From Leptospirales bacterium (GTDB lineage Bacteria; Spirochaetota; Leptospiria; Turneriellales; JAOUFE01), in assembly GCA_040326155.1 (NCBI GenBank), contig JBEQLE010000072.1, positions 1 through 22,612 of the forward strand: a stretch of 22,612 bases of DNA. The letters run 5' to 3'. The notes under the pieces are model-generated. The model was not told where the DNA came from. It did no database searches and worked only from the letters and a program-made list of their open reading frames with translations. The number at the start of each line of letters is the position of its first letter. The first letter of the stretch is position 1. This document shows positions 8,508 through 16,386 of this stretch, one piece after another. Made by a program: the position numbers and the translations under genes.

Positions 8508-10172
8508 ATGAACCTGAAAAAAATCGTACCACTACCTATTTTGTTTGGCCTTTTCACTTTGCTCTCCTTCAGCTCCACCTTCGCAGAGCCCTCCTCCAAC
8601 TCAGTTCTGGAAGAACGAATTGAGGGGGTGAAGGAACTAAACAAGGACCAAATAGAACGCCTGGAAGAAAAAATTGATTTATACGGAAAGTTTGGCGCCA
8701 CTATTCTGGCTTTATTAGGGGTTATCGGTTTTGCCACGATTGCTACGATCATACGACTGGATATTAATAACAGAATAGACAAAAGATTGAAACAGATTTT
8801 CAAACAAGAAAAAGTCGAAAAGAAAATTAAAGAGAGAATCGCAGCAGCCGAAGACGAAGCCCTGAATAACTTTGGGGATGATTTGGATGAAAGAGCCAAT
8901 GAAAAGCTTACATTGCTCGATCAAAAAATAGCAGAGCTGGACGACCTGAAAAGCAAAGCCAATGAGAAATTGAATTTACTGGATAAAAAAATTGAAGAAC
9001 TCGATTTAAAAGCTAAAGAGAATTTAAATTCTCTGCGTACAAAGTATATCACTTATAACGATGAACTCGTAAAGAAGATGGAAAAAACATATGTAACAGA
9101 ACTAAATATATTGAAAGAAAAAACAAAAGACCTGAATATCAACGAACCCATCCCGGAAGAGACAAGAAAAGAGCTGGAAGAGTTTTCTGACACTCTCGAA
9201 AAAGCAAAAGAGAAAAAAGAGTATTCTGCATGGGACTGGCACTTCAAAGGTATCTCTTATTATAAAAAAGAGCAATACCAAAAAGCAGTCGATGCATTTT
9301 CAGAGGCGATTAGATTAGACCCTGATGATGAAGATAATTATCTAAACCGGGGAGCATCGTATTATAATTTAGATAAACATAATAAAGCGATCAAAGATTA
9401 TAACAAAGCTATTGAACTGAAACCTGATTATGCAGAGGCATACAACAACCGAGGAGCTGTATATGACGATCTTAAAAAATATGATAAAGCGGTCAAAGAT
9501 TATAACAAAGCAATTGAACTTAAACCTGATTATGCAAATGCATACAACAACAGAGGAATAGCATACAATAACCTGGAAGAATACGATAAAGCGGTCAAAG
9601 ATTATGACAAAGCGATTGAGTTGAAGCCTGATTATGCAGATGCATACAACAACCGAGGAAATACCTACAAAAACCTGAAAAAATACGATGAAGCGATCAA
9701 AGATTATGACAAAGCAATTAAACTTAAACCTGATTATGAAAACGCGTATTTCAACCGGGCATATAGCTACAGCCAACTCAAGCAACATGACATGGCCATT
9801 GAAGATTACAAAAAGGCTCTTGAACTCGATTCAAAGGATACAACCTCTTCCCAGAATCTCGCTGAGGCCTACTTTGTCACCGGGCAACCTGAACAAGCTC
9901 TGGACACTGTTCAACAAGGCTGGCGTGATGAGCTCTCTGACGACGAACGGGCTACGTTTCTATTATTGCGTCTGATGGCCCAACAAGTTCTGGGGCAAGG
10001 CAGAACCGAAACCGAAAAGCAGTTCAGCGAAATTCTCCAAAACGAATTTACCATCACCTGGAGTTTTGATATAATCGATAACTGGCTCGATACATCTGAC
10101 ATCGACGAGGCGGGTAAAACGGCCATCCGGGGCTGGGCGGAGCAATTCAAGGAACGACGGGATCCGAACTAA
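8508..10172 (+). CDS. Membrane-anchored tetratricopeptide repeat protein
   Basis: Signal-peptide-like N-terminus (..SSTFA/EP), TM segment FGATILALLGVIGFATIATII, long coiled coil, and about 7 TPRs (AYNNRG...A.KDY.KAI.LKPDY). Confidence 0.92.
   Translation: MNLKKIVPLPILFGLFTLLSFSSTFAEPSSNSVLEERIEGVKELNKDQIERLEEKIDLYGKFGATILALLGVIGFATIATIIRLDINNRIDKRLKQIFKQEKVEKKIKERIAAAEDEALNNFGDDLDERANEKLTLLDQKIAELDDLKSKANEKLNLLDKKIEELDLKAKENLNSLRTKYITYNDELVKKMEKTYVTELNILKEKTKDLNINEPIPEETRKELEEFSDTLEKAKEKKEYSAWDWHFKGISYYKKEQYQKAVDAFSEAIRLDPDDEDNYLNRGASYYNLDKHNKAIKDYNKAIELKPDYAEAYNNRGAVYDDLKKYDKAVKDYNKAIELKPDYANAYNNRGIAYNNLEEYDKAVKDYDKAIELKPDYADAYNNRGNTYKNLKKYDEAIKDYDKAIKLKPDYENAYFNRAYSYSQLKQHDMAIEDYKKALELDSKDTTSSQNLAEAYFVTGQPEQALDTVQQGWRDELSDDERATFLLLRLMAQQVLGQGRTETEKQFSEILQNEFTITWSFDIIDNWLDTSDIDEAGKTAIRGWAEQFKERRDPN
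9370..9770 (+). repeat. Near-identical 102-nt TPR-coding tandem repeats
   Basis: Recurrent aaagcgatcaaagattat...aaacctgattatgca...gcatacaacaac units with a 34-aa period. Boundaries approximate. Confidence 0.85.
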
Positions 10173-10192
10173 ACATGGCAGGCACTCCTGCA

Positions 10193-10211
10193 TTGGGGAA
10201 ATCCCCGGCAT
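10193..10211. repeat. 19-bp palindrome-containing repeat, copy 2
   Basis: ttggggaaatccccggcat, 20 nt after the TPR gene stop. Confidence 0.75.
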
Positions 10212-10323
10212 GGTGGGGAAAAAACCACCCTGGACCGGGGACCTGACTTTAACCGGCAAATCCCCTCCCCCCGAAGATATCGTGGGGTTAAGCGCAGGAT
10301 CGCCCGCAGGGCAGCCGTAGCGG

Positions 10324-10437
10324 AAGGGGAGACTTCCCCTTTTTAGGTCATAAAAAAATCCTGCGGTTTTTTTATGCCGCTTCGTCCGATTTTAGTTTAA
10401 AGTTTATAGCTGTCAAAAAGCGTCGTTTTTGACAGCT
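10324..10437. terminator. Cluster of three hairpins, including a probable intrinsic terminator
   Basis: aagggga-gact-tcccctt followed by a T-run (from 10324); cataaaaaaa-tcctgcgg-tttttttatg (10349-10376); agctgtcaaaaa-gcgtcg-tttttgacagct (10408-10437). Confidence 0.65.
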
Positions 10438-10486
10438 CGCTCCGTGGTATTATTCACAAAAAATCCTCTCCCCTCCTCACAAAAAT

Positions 10487-10529
10487 TTGCCGACATTCAG
10501 TATATTCAGTATATTCTGATTCTACTGAA
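10487..10529 (+). promoter_or_regulatory. Sigma70-type promoter with overlapping operator-like repeats upstream of the hgc cluster
   Basis: TTGCCG (10487-10492), 17 nt spacer, TATATT (10510-10515). Direct repeat attcagtat x2 (10495-10512) and inverted half-site tactgaa (10523-10529). Confidence 0.6.
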
Positions 10530-10552
10530 ATTTCACAATAGGATGCCATCAT

Positions 10553-10846
10553 ATGAAAAAAAATAGTTCAAACAAGTCCAGCGCGCCCGAACAATGCGAC
10601 CCCTCTTCGGGGTGTTGCAAAGTGGAGTCGATGGTGACCGTTGATGAGCGGGGCCAGATGGTTCTGCCCAAAGAGATACGAGACAAGGCTAAAATTGCGC
10701 CGGGCGACAAGCTCGTTCTGGTCACCTGGGAAGACGAAAACGAGGTGTGTTGCATTTCGCTCGTAAAAAGCGAGCAGATTATGGGGATGGTCAAACGCAG
10801 CCTCGCCCCAATGGCCAAAGAGATGCTAAATGTTTCAACCGATTAA
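10553..10846 (+). CDS. AbrB/MazE/SpoVT-family DNA-binding protein, HgcAB-associated type
   Basis: CCKVESMVTVDERGQMVLPKEIRDKAKIAPGDKL is the swapped-hairpin AbrB signature. Two CC pairs. Overlaps the hgcA start. Confidence 0.85.
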   Translation: MKKNSSNKSSAPEQCDPSSGCCKVESMVTVDERGQMVLPKEIRDKAKIAPGDKLVLVTWEDENEVCCISLVKSEQIMGMVKRSLAPMAKEMLNVSTD

Positions 10847-12002
10847 GAGTCAAACTTTGCCCGATTTTTCCGGGTTGGGTTCTACGGTGGGTGCTACGGC
10901 GAATTCCGGTCCCGGTCAAAATTACGTTTTGAACCCACCCAAAAAAATTACCCAAAACTCGCCAAAACCGTTGCCAAGGGTCGACCACAAATGGAACGTT
11001 CGCGATTATCTCGGTGCATTTTTGGCCAGAACAACTTCGAGACGAAACGACTATACAGTGTTTCCGGGGCTTTACCGGTTTGGCGAGGCCGATAAAGATT
11101 CCGAGGTTCTGGTCAGCGCCAATTATAAACTGACTTTCGATAAACTTCGTCAAAAACTCGAAGGGCGTAATGTATGGATTTTGGTTTTAGACACAAAAGG
11201 GATAAACGTCTGGTGCGCAGCGGGTAAGGGAACTTTCGGAACCACAGAACTCATCAAAAAAATTCAAGCTGTGAACCTTGGCGAGGTGGTAAAACACCGT
11301 CGAGTCATTGTGCCTCAACTGGGGGCGGTTGGTATGGCAGCTCATGAAATAAAACTGCGAACGGGTTTTCGAGTTTCGTATGGACCCGTCGACGCCAGGG
11401 ACCTGCCCGAATATCTCGACAATGCTCGGCGCACAACCCCACAAATGAGACGAGTGAGGTTCAACTGGCGAGACCGTCTGGTGTTAACTCCCATGGAAAT
11501 TATTCCTTCTTTTAAACACTTCTGGAAATACACCGCCATAATCGCCATTTTGTTCGGGGTGCAACGTGAAGGGATTTTATTTCAAAACATAATACAAGAC
11601 GGCGGCGCCTACATTTTCGCAGGAGTTTCAGCCCTTTTCGCCGGTGCCTTAATGACACCGTTACTCTTACCCCTGATGCCCTTTCGATCTTTTGCGCTCA
11701 AAGGGTTTATAGCCGGTGTCGCAGTTTGCGCCGCTTTGTTTGGAATTTCTCAGTATCAGGAATCGTCTTTTTTCTGGAGTAACAACCCCTGGTTTCTTGC
11801 ATTTGCTTTCATATTTATTCCCTCTGCAAGTTCTTTCCTTGCTCTGCAATTTACCGGCTCTAGCACCTTTACAAATATGACAGGTGTATACAAAGAGCAT
11901 AAATATGCACTTCCACTTTATATAGTCGCTGTGGTCCTATCGGTTATATTGGCGCTGGCTCATAAAGTTACACTTTGGATGAACGCTGGAGGGTCCCTGT
12001 GA
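10830..12002 (+). CDS. hgcA: Mercury methylation corrinoid protein HgcA
   Basis: Diagnostic cap-helix motif GINVWCAAGKGTFGT, plus VSANYKLTFD and PQLGA. C-terminal multi-TM domain with FLALQFTGSSTFT. Adjacent to hgcB. Confidence 0.97.
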   Translation: MFQPIKSQTLPDFSGLGSTVGATANSGPGQNYVLNPPKKITQNSPKPLPRVDHKWNVRDYLGAFLARTTSRRNDYTVFPGLYRFGEADKDSEVLVSANYKLTFDKLRQKLEGRNVWILVLDTKGINVWCAAGKGTFGTTELIKKIQAVNLGEVVKHRRVIVPQLGAVGMAAHEIKLRTGFRVSYGPVDARDLPEYLDNARRTTPQMRRVRFNWRDRLVLTPMEIIPSFKHFWKYTAIIAILFGVQREGILFQNIIQDGGAYIFAGVSALFAGALMTPLLLPLMPFRSFALKGFIAGVAVCAALFGISQYQESSFFWSNNPWFLAFAFIFIPSASSFLALQFTGSSTFTNMTGVYKEHKYALPLYIVAVVLSVILALAHKVTLWMNAGGSL

Positions 12003-12301
12003 AATACCTTTTAAACGTAGCAAAATTAGAATACAACGAAACACTCTGCACGGGATGTCGGCGTTGCACCGAAGTCTGCCCCCACGGCGTCTTCGACCTC
12101 AAAAACAAAAAAGCCTTTATTACCGACAAAGACCGTTGCATCGAATGCGGAGCCTGCCAGAAAAACTGCGAATCAAACGCCATCAAAGTGCAAACCGGCG
12201 TCGGATGCTCCTCGGCCATTCTCTACAGTATTTTCACCGGCAACGAAGCCACCTGCGGCTGCGACGACGAAACCGGTTCCTCGGCTGCTTCGTGCTGCTG
12301 A
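11999..12301 (+). CDS. hgcB: Mercury methylation 2[4Fe-4S] ferredoxin HgcB
   Basis: Likely GTG start at 11999 overlapping the hgcA TGA (GTGA), with ggagg SD. CTGCRRCTEVCPHGVF, CIECGACQKNC, GVGC and terminal CC. Confidence 0.96.
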   Translation: MKYLLNVAKLEYNETLCTGCRRCTEVCPHGVFDLKNKKAFITDKDRCIECGACQKNCESNAIKVQTGVGCSSAILYSIFTGNEATCGCDDETGSSAASCC

Positions 12302-12306
12302 TGTAC

Positions 12307-12326
12307 GTGTCGCATATATGCGACAC
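12307..12326. other. Perfect 20-bp palindrome just after hgcB
   Basis: gtgtcgcata|tatgcgacac. Confidence 0.7.
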
Positions 12327-12601
12327 CGACTATCAGCAGCAGGGATTACCGTTTGAAGTTGTTACCAGGACCACCGGTGAGGTAAATTTCATAAGAGGCC
12401 ATCCATCAAAACAATGACAACCCACGATAAGTATGCATAATACATACAGCAAAAAGCGGCAAAATAGTTTATTATTTAACTTTTTATAAGTTAACTTACA
12501 TAATTTGGTCTCTGACTGAAGTTGTGTACAAGTAATAGCCGATAGGATTCCCAAACCATCAATACGGTACGCGATGATAAAACAAAACAAGGGTAACAAT
12601 A

Positions 12602-13546
12602 GTGGAAAAAACGATCGATGAAGCCATAAAGAATTTCTTATTTCACTGTGAATTCGAAAAAAATCTGAGTCCAAAAACCATCAAGGCATACAAAATAGAC
12701 TTAAGTCAATTTAGCTTATACATTACAAAAAACCACAGTAATACACTTAATATCGAAGACGTCGATAAAGACATTATTCGATATTACGTAAAGAATTTAT
12801 TCTTAAGTTATAAAGAAAGATCCATTCGCAGAAAGGTTAACGTTATAAAGGCCTTTTTTAATTTCCTGGAACGAGATGAGGCCGTAGAGAAAAATCCATT
12901 TCGCAAATTGCAGATACGAATAAAACAGACTAAAAGTCTACCCAAAATTATAGACCTCTCTATCATTGAATCTCTCCTGAAATACATGTACGGAGAAAAA
13001 ACCAGGCTGGCCTCGCATGGTGCCTACTCTCGATTTTCTCTTTTGCGGGATGTCTGTATTGTCGAGCTACTTTTTATGACCGGAGCGAGGGTCTCAGAAA
13101 TTGCTTCTCTGAAAACTGAAAATATTTCATTCAAAGACTCGGTAATTAAAATTATGGGTAAAGGTAAAAGAGAGAGAATGGCCCACATGTTCAGCGCGCA
13201 ACTCCAGGCGATGGTAAAAGAGTATGACACAATGAAAAACACCCTCTTCCCCGAACAACCTCACTACTTCATAAACCGCCTGGGCGGACGCATCTCCGAA
13301 CAATCCGTCCGGTTTATGTTGCGTAAATACTTCCGAAAAGCCGGTATTAATTTACATATAACACCGCACATGTTTCGACACACCTTCGCAACGTCGCTTC
13401 TTGAACAAGGAGTCGACATCCGACATATTCAGGAACTACTTGGGCACTCGTCAATACTGACAACACAAATTTATACCCATGTCGCGACGGCGAGCCAGTG
13501 TAAGATTCTAGCGGCGAAACATCCGAGAAATGGGTTTTCGATATAA
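12602..13546 (+). CDS. Tyrosine recombinase, XerC/XerD-like
   Basis: N-terminal SAM-like core-binding domain ([12 protein letters not shown]). Catalytic motifs [45 protein letters not shown] start. Confidence 0.93.
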   Translation: MEKTIDEAIKNFLFHCEFEKNLSPKTIKAYKIDLSQFSLYITKNHSNTLNIEDVDKDIIRYYVKNLFLSYKERSIRRKVNVIKAFFNFLERDEAVEKNPFRKLQIRIKQTKSLPKIIDLSIIESLLKYMYGEKTRLASHGAYSRFSLLRDVCIVELLFMTGARVSEIASLKTENISFKDSVIKIMGKGKRERMAHMFSAQLQAMVKEYDTMKNTLFPEQPHYFINRLGGRISEQSVRFMLRKYFRKAGINLHITPHMFRHTFATSLLEQGVDIRHIQELLGHSSILTTQIYTHVATASQCKILAAKHPRNGFSI

Positions 13547-13749
13547 ATTATATCTGCGTGAGTATTATTAGACCGGCGCTTCTTTTATCGTTATTTCGCC
13601 AAAGGGGACGAAATAACATGAACTGCTCGACCTGTAATAAGCTCTTTATACAATTGTGATTCATGAACCTCTTTAGACATCTTTTCTGCATAATCAGATA
13701 AACTTAAATGCTTATTTTTTTCATATTCTAAATTCCTAATATTCCGAAC

Positions 13750-13962
13750 CCAGTGCCGTGTCTTTTTAATTTGTTCCGCTAGCCTTCGGCTAGCCAACGG
13801 CTAGCGCTTCACAAATTCAAGTGGAAACGCCACTCGAAGTGCCTTTTGCACTCAGAGTCTATGACCGGTTGGTCTATGACCGGTTGGTCTATGACTTAAG
13901 CTGTGAATAGATAGATTATATTAAAATAAGCTAATGTAACATCTATCCAGTCACAGCACTAG
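13750..13962. mobile_element. Non-autonomous MITE-like insertion (209 bp plus CCAG/CTAG junction)
   Basis: Imperfect terminal inverted repeats ccagtgccgtgtc (13750-13762) and gtcacagcactag (13950-13962), 10/13 match. No transposase ORF. Excision restores a reading frame. Confidence 0.65.
13857..13895. repeat. 15-bp tandem repeat (2.6 copies) inside the MITE-like element
   Basis: gtctatgaccggttg gtctatgaccggttg gtctatgac. Confidence 0.9.
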
Positions 13963-14223
13963 TCGACACAATCGAATTTTTTATTCGTCATAGATTACCT
14001 CTTTGGGACTTCTTATTTCCAGAGTTTTATACCCCTCTCTAAGATTTACGCTATTATAACCCATAATACGAGTTACATTAACAATATGTTTAAAATTCCA
14101 ACTCAGCAACAAACCCAAATACAGCATTAAAATTTGTCATCTAATGAAAGCGCTGGGAATATCCAGTACATTAATTATCTCCTATACTAATAAAAATAAT
14201 GTTCTATTTAAAATAGAAAAACA

Positions 14224-14379
14224 CTATCGATTAGGTGGTTTCCGGGGTTGGCTCGGTGGAGTTGCTCTGTTTTGTGGGGGGGTTGGTGCCGGTGGAGGTT
14301 TTATTGGGTGAACTGGCGGTTTTTCACCTGGTTTAGTTTGGCCCTTTGTAGTTCCTTCCGTTAAAGGTTTATGTGACAT
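14224..14379 (-). CDS. Unannotated 51-aa proline-rich peptide
   Basis: aggaga SD upstream of the ATG at 14379. MSHKPLTEGTTKGQTKPGEKPPVHPIKPPPAPTPPQNRATPPSQPRKPPNR* has 16 Pro in 51 aa. Overlaps the upstream gene end by 11 nt. Confidence 0.75.
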   Translation of the reverse strand: MSHKPLTEGTTKGQTKPGEKPPVHPIKPPPAPTPPQNRATPPSQPRKPPNR

Positions 14380-15031
14380 TTTGTTCTCCTAATGAATCTT
14401 CTGGTATTATTTCAATAATAAAGTTTCCAATTGTGCTTGAAAGGTATAAGGATGGAATAGTGTATAGTTCAATGGAGTCCGAGTAATTATAAACGGTAAC
14501 TTCTGACATAACTACTTCTTGAATATTATCGTTTTCAGAAAAAGATTCGATGCGTCCCTGGTAAGTGAACCCTCTGTTCGGATCACGAACATAGACCCAA
14601 TCAATTTCTTTTGAATTCAAAAAATAGGAAAATAGATTTTCATCTCCATACTTATTGGTTATATGGAGTAACTTTCCAACTTTGTTAAATAATTTAAAAT
14701 TAATCGTCCATGATGCAAATAAGGCCACAGGTACTGACAGTAAAATGGCGAGACCTACTTCCCAAATCGGGATTGCCGGTTTTTTTATAAAAGCGATGTT
14801 CCAGATATCTAAATGGCTCCAGGTTATACTAGAACCATCGCATGAATGTAAGATATCATATATATACACAAACGATTGCAGAAGAGCGTATGTAAAAATT
14901 CCCAAAACAAGAGAGTAAAGGCCAAACTTGAACGAACTCCACTTAGAATGATACGCTATTTTATCACTGATAATAGTGGCAATAATGCCAGGAAATAATA
15001 TTATAATAATAGTTACTATTAATTCATTCAT
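14369..15031 (-). CDS. Membrane protein, DUF6338-like
   Basis: N-terminal ILFPG hydrophobic helix and about 3 TM segments. Soluble C-terminal beta domain WVYVRD...YQGRIESFS..., an architecture I recall for DUF6338. Confidence 0.65.
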   Translation of the reverse strand: MNELIVTIIIILFPGIIATIISDKIAYHSKWSSFKFGLYSLVLGIFTYALLQSFVYIYDILHSCDGSSITWSHLDIWNIAFIKKPAIPIWEVGLAILLSVPVALFASWTINFKLFNKVGKLLHITNKYGDENLFSYFLNSKEIDWVYVRDPNRGFTYQGRIESFSENDNIQEVVMSEVTVYNYSDSIELYTIPSLYLSSTIGNFIIEIIPEDSLGEQNVT

Positions 15032-15371
15032 AGGATTAAGCGATCACTTGCCTTTAAAAGCGTTTATTTAAACTGCCTAATTGACAGTAAGGACTATAGA
15101 AACAAAAATACAAGAATTTAATTCTGCCATCCACAAATATTACATGTATCGAAGGTCCTAAATACGCAAATCGATAAATCCAGAAAAATATATACGGATA
15201 GCGAGTTTTAAAGGAGAATTTGCGTTTATTCCACCTAAAAGTACCCATGTAAAATAACTACTCCCCTGTATAATTGTCCTTTCGTCAATTTTGTTGATTA
15301 CCGCCGAACCAAAAGTTCTATTTATTTCATGATCAAAGAAACCGAATGCAGATCGGCAATTCAGGCCATGT

Positions 15372-16115
15372 CTAATTCGACTCTTTCTTGCCCTGCACTT
15401 TCAGAGTGGCTTCATGAATGGACCACCCGATGTAGGCATAAGACTTTATTGCGTCCGGAATCAATGAGTGCATTAGTTGTGCAAATTTTTTGAAGTTTGT
15501 TTTTTCAACTTCTTTCATAAAAGCTTCAGCCAGCGACTTTTCGGAAAACACAGATAAAACCATAGAAGTACTGCCCAACTCTGCCCTGAAATCAAGTTCT
15601 TCCAGAATTTCACTATCCCAACAATCCTCAATAAATAAACACCCAGTGACAAACCCACTGGCCCAGAAAGAGAGTGGATGATCATCGGTTTCGAAAATTT
15701 GAACAGGATCATCCTTATCGTCGTAGCCGAGAGGCAGCTGTGGTTCGTTCTTTCTAACACCGGAAAGTATATCGTTGAAACAATCCGTAACTGCCCCAAA
15801 AAATTCTTTAGCTTCTTTTTCGCTGCCAAGGCTTTCGGCACATTCTTCCATGTCTTCAGCGTTGAAAATTACAGGAATAAACTCAAAAGGGTGAACAGTT
15901 TCTGGAGCGCTGGCGATAACAAACAAAAATCCGCATAGCGTTTCATAATTCATCATCTCTACATCTTGATTACTAAACGCATTATAAAAATTATTATATC
16001 GAATTTTGTAAAGCGGTACAACCTTCGGCGTACCCTTTGGTACAACCTTCGGCGTACCCTTTGGTACAACCTTCGGCACTACCTTTCGTCTTTGCGATTT
16101 TCTTTTTGAACCCAT
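15372..16115 (-). CDS. UPF0149/YecA-like protein with an N-terminal basic repeat
   Basis: ETLCGFLFVIASAPETVHPFEFIPVIF and WASGFVTG resemble UPF0149 motifs. No SEC-C tail. Confidence 0.75.
   Translation of the reverse strand: MGSKRKSQRRKVVPKVVPKGTPKVVPKGTPKVVPLYKIRYNNFYNAFSNQDVEMMNYETLCGFLFVIASAPETVHPFEFIPVIFNAEDMEECAESLGSEKEAKEFFGAVTDCFNDILSGVRKNEPQLPLGYDDKDDPVQIFETDDHPLSFWASGFVTGCLFIEDCWDSEILEELDFRAELGSTSMVLSVFSEKSLAEAFMKEVEKTNFKKFAQLMHSLIPDAIKSYAYIGWSIHEATLKVQGKKESN
16015..16086. repeat. 24-bp in-frame tandem repeat x3 (VNTR)
   Basis: ggtacaaccttcggcgtacccttt x2 plus ggtacaaccttcggcactaccttt, encoding KVVPKVVP/KGTPKVVP on the minus strand. Confidence 0.9.
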
Positions 16116-16386
16116 TTGTCATAATCAAATTTATGTAAAAACTGTCAAAGATTATTACGCAAATCGGAATATTCACCGGTTCCTGGTGGGTAAATTCTCA
16201 TCTACCGCTAGATCGATGTTCGGTAGCACTGCGAACTCTTGGAATATTATGCCTTTACGCTTCGTGTTTTCTTCGGGACTTCGCCTGCCTGATTTTATTG
16301 TATTTCTGCGCTTTATAATGCCGAAAAACACTTGTCACGTTGTGTCAGTTCAGGAAATCGTCAGGGATATATTATCAGGAGATTAT

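Larger units (their letters stand above)
13591..13991 (-). pseudogene. Small gene (63 aa when reconstructed) interrupted by a 209-bp insertion
   Basis: gagg SD and ATG at 13991 give MTNKKFDCVD then TAG within the insertion end. Removing 13754-13962 restores the frame MTNKKFDCVD-WVRNIRNLEYEKNKHLSLSDYAEKMSKEVHESQLYKELITGRAVHVISSPLAK. Confidence 0.65.

Noticed and set aside
11975..11998. Longer hgcB start (MDERWRVP)
   Set aside because: GTG at 11999 has an SD, is coupled to the hgcA stop, and gives the typical MKYL..V N-terminus.
12301..12417. RelB/DinJ antitoxin remnant (QQQGLPFEV)
   Set aside because: Only a 6-residue resemblance, with no intact RHH domain or toxin partner.
12430..12460. dif-like site (agtatgcataa tacata ...)
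   Set aside because: Only the XerC-like arm resembles dif; no TTATGTTAAAT-like XerD arm follows.
13591..13797. 68-aa ORF as an intact gene
   Set aside because: Its start lies within the MITE-like insertion. It is better explained as the 3' part of the interrupted gene.
13857..13895. CRISPR array
   Set aside because: Repeats are directly adjacent with no spacers, and there are no cas genes. The same applies to 16015-16086.
15054..15248. 64-aa ORF, or a Cys-motif remnant (FDTCNICGWQN in another frame)
   Set aside because: No recognisable family, and the alternative frame is short and bounded by stops. Possibly decayed DNA, but unsupported.
12602..15300. Integron (integrase plus cassette array)
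   Set aside because: The recombinase lacks the IntI-specific insertion between the catalytic boxes. I found no repeated attC sites with RYYYAAC/GTTRRRY ends.
16186..16386. N-terminal extension on S6
   Set aside because: The SD and S6 homology point to the ATG at 16387. The upstream part is likely promoter or leader DNA.
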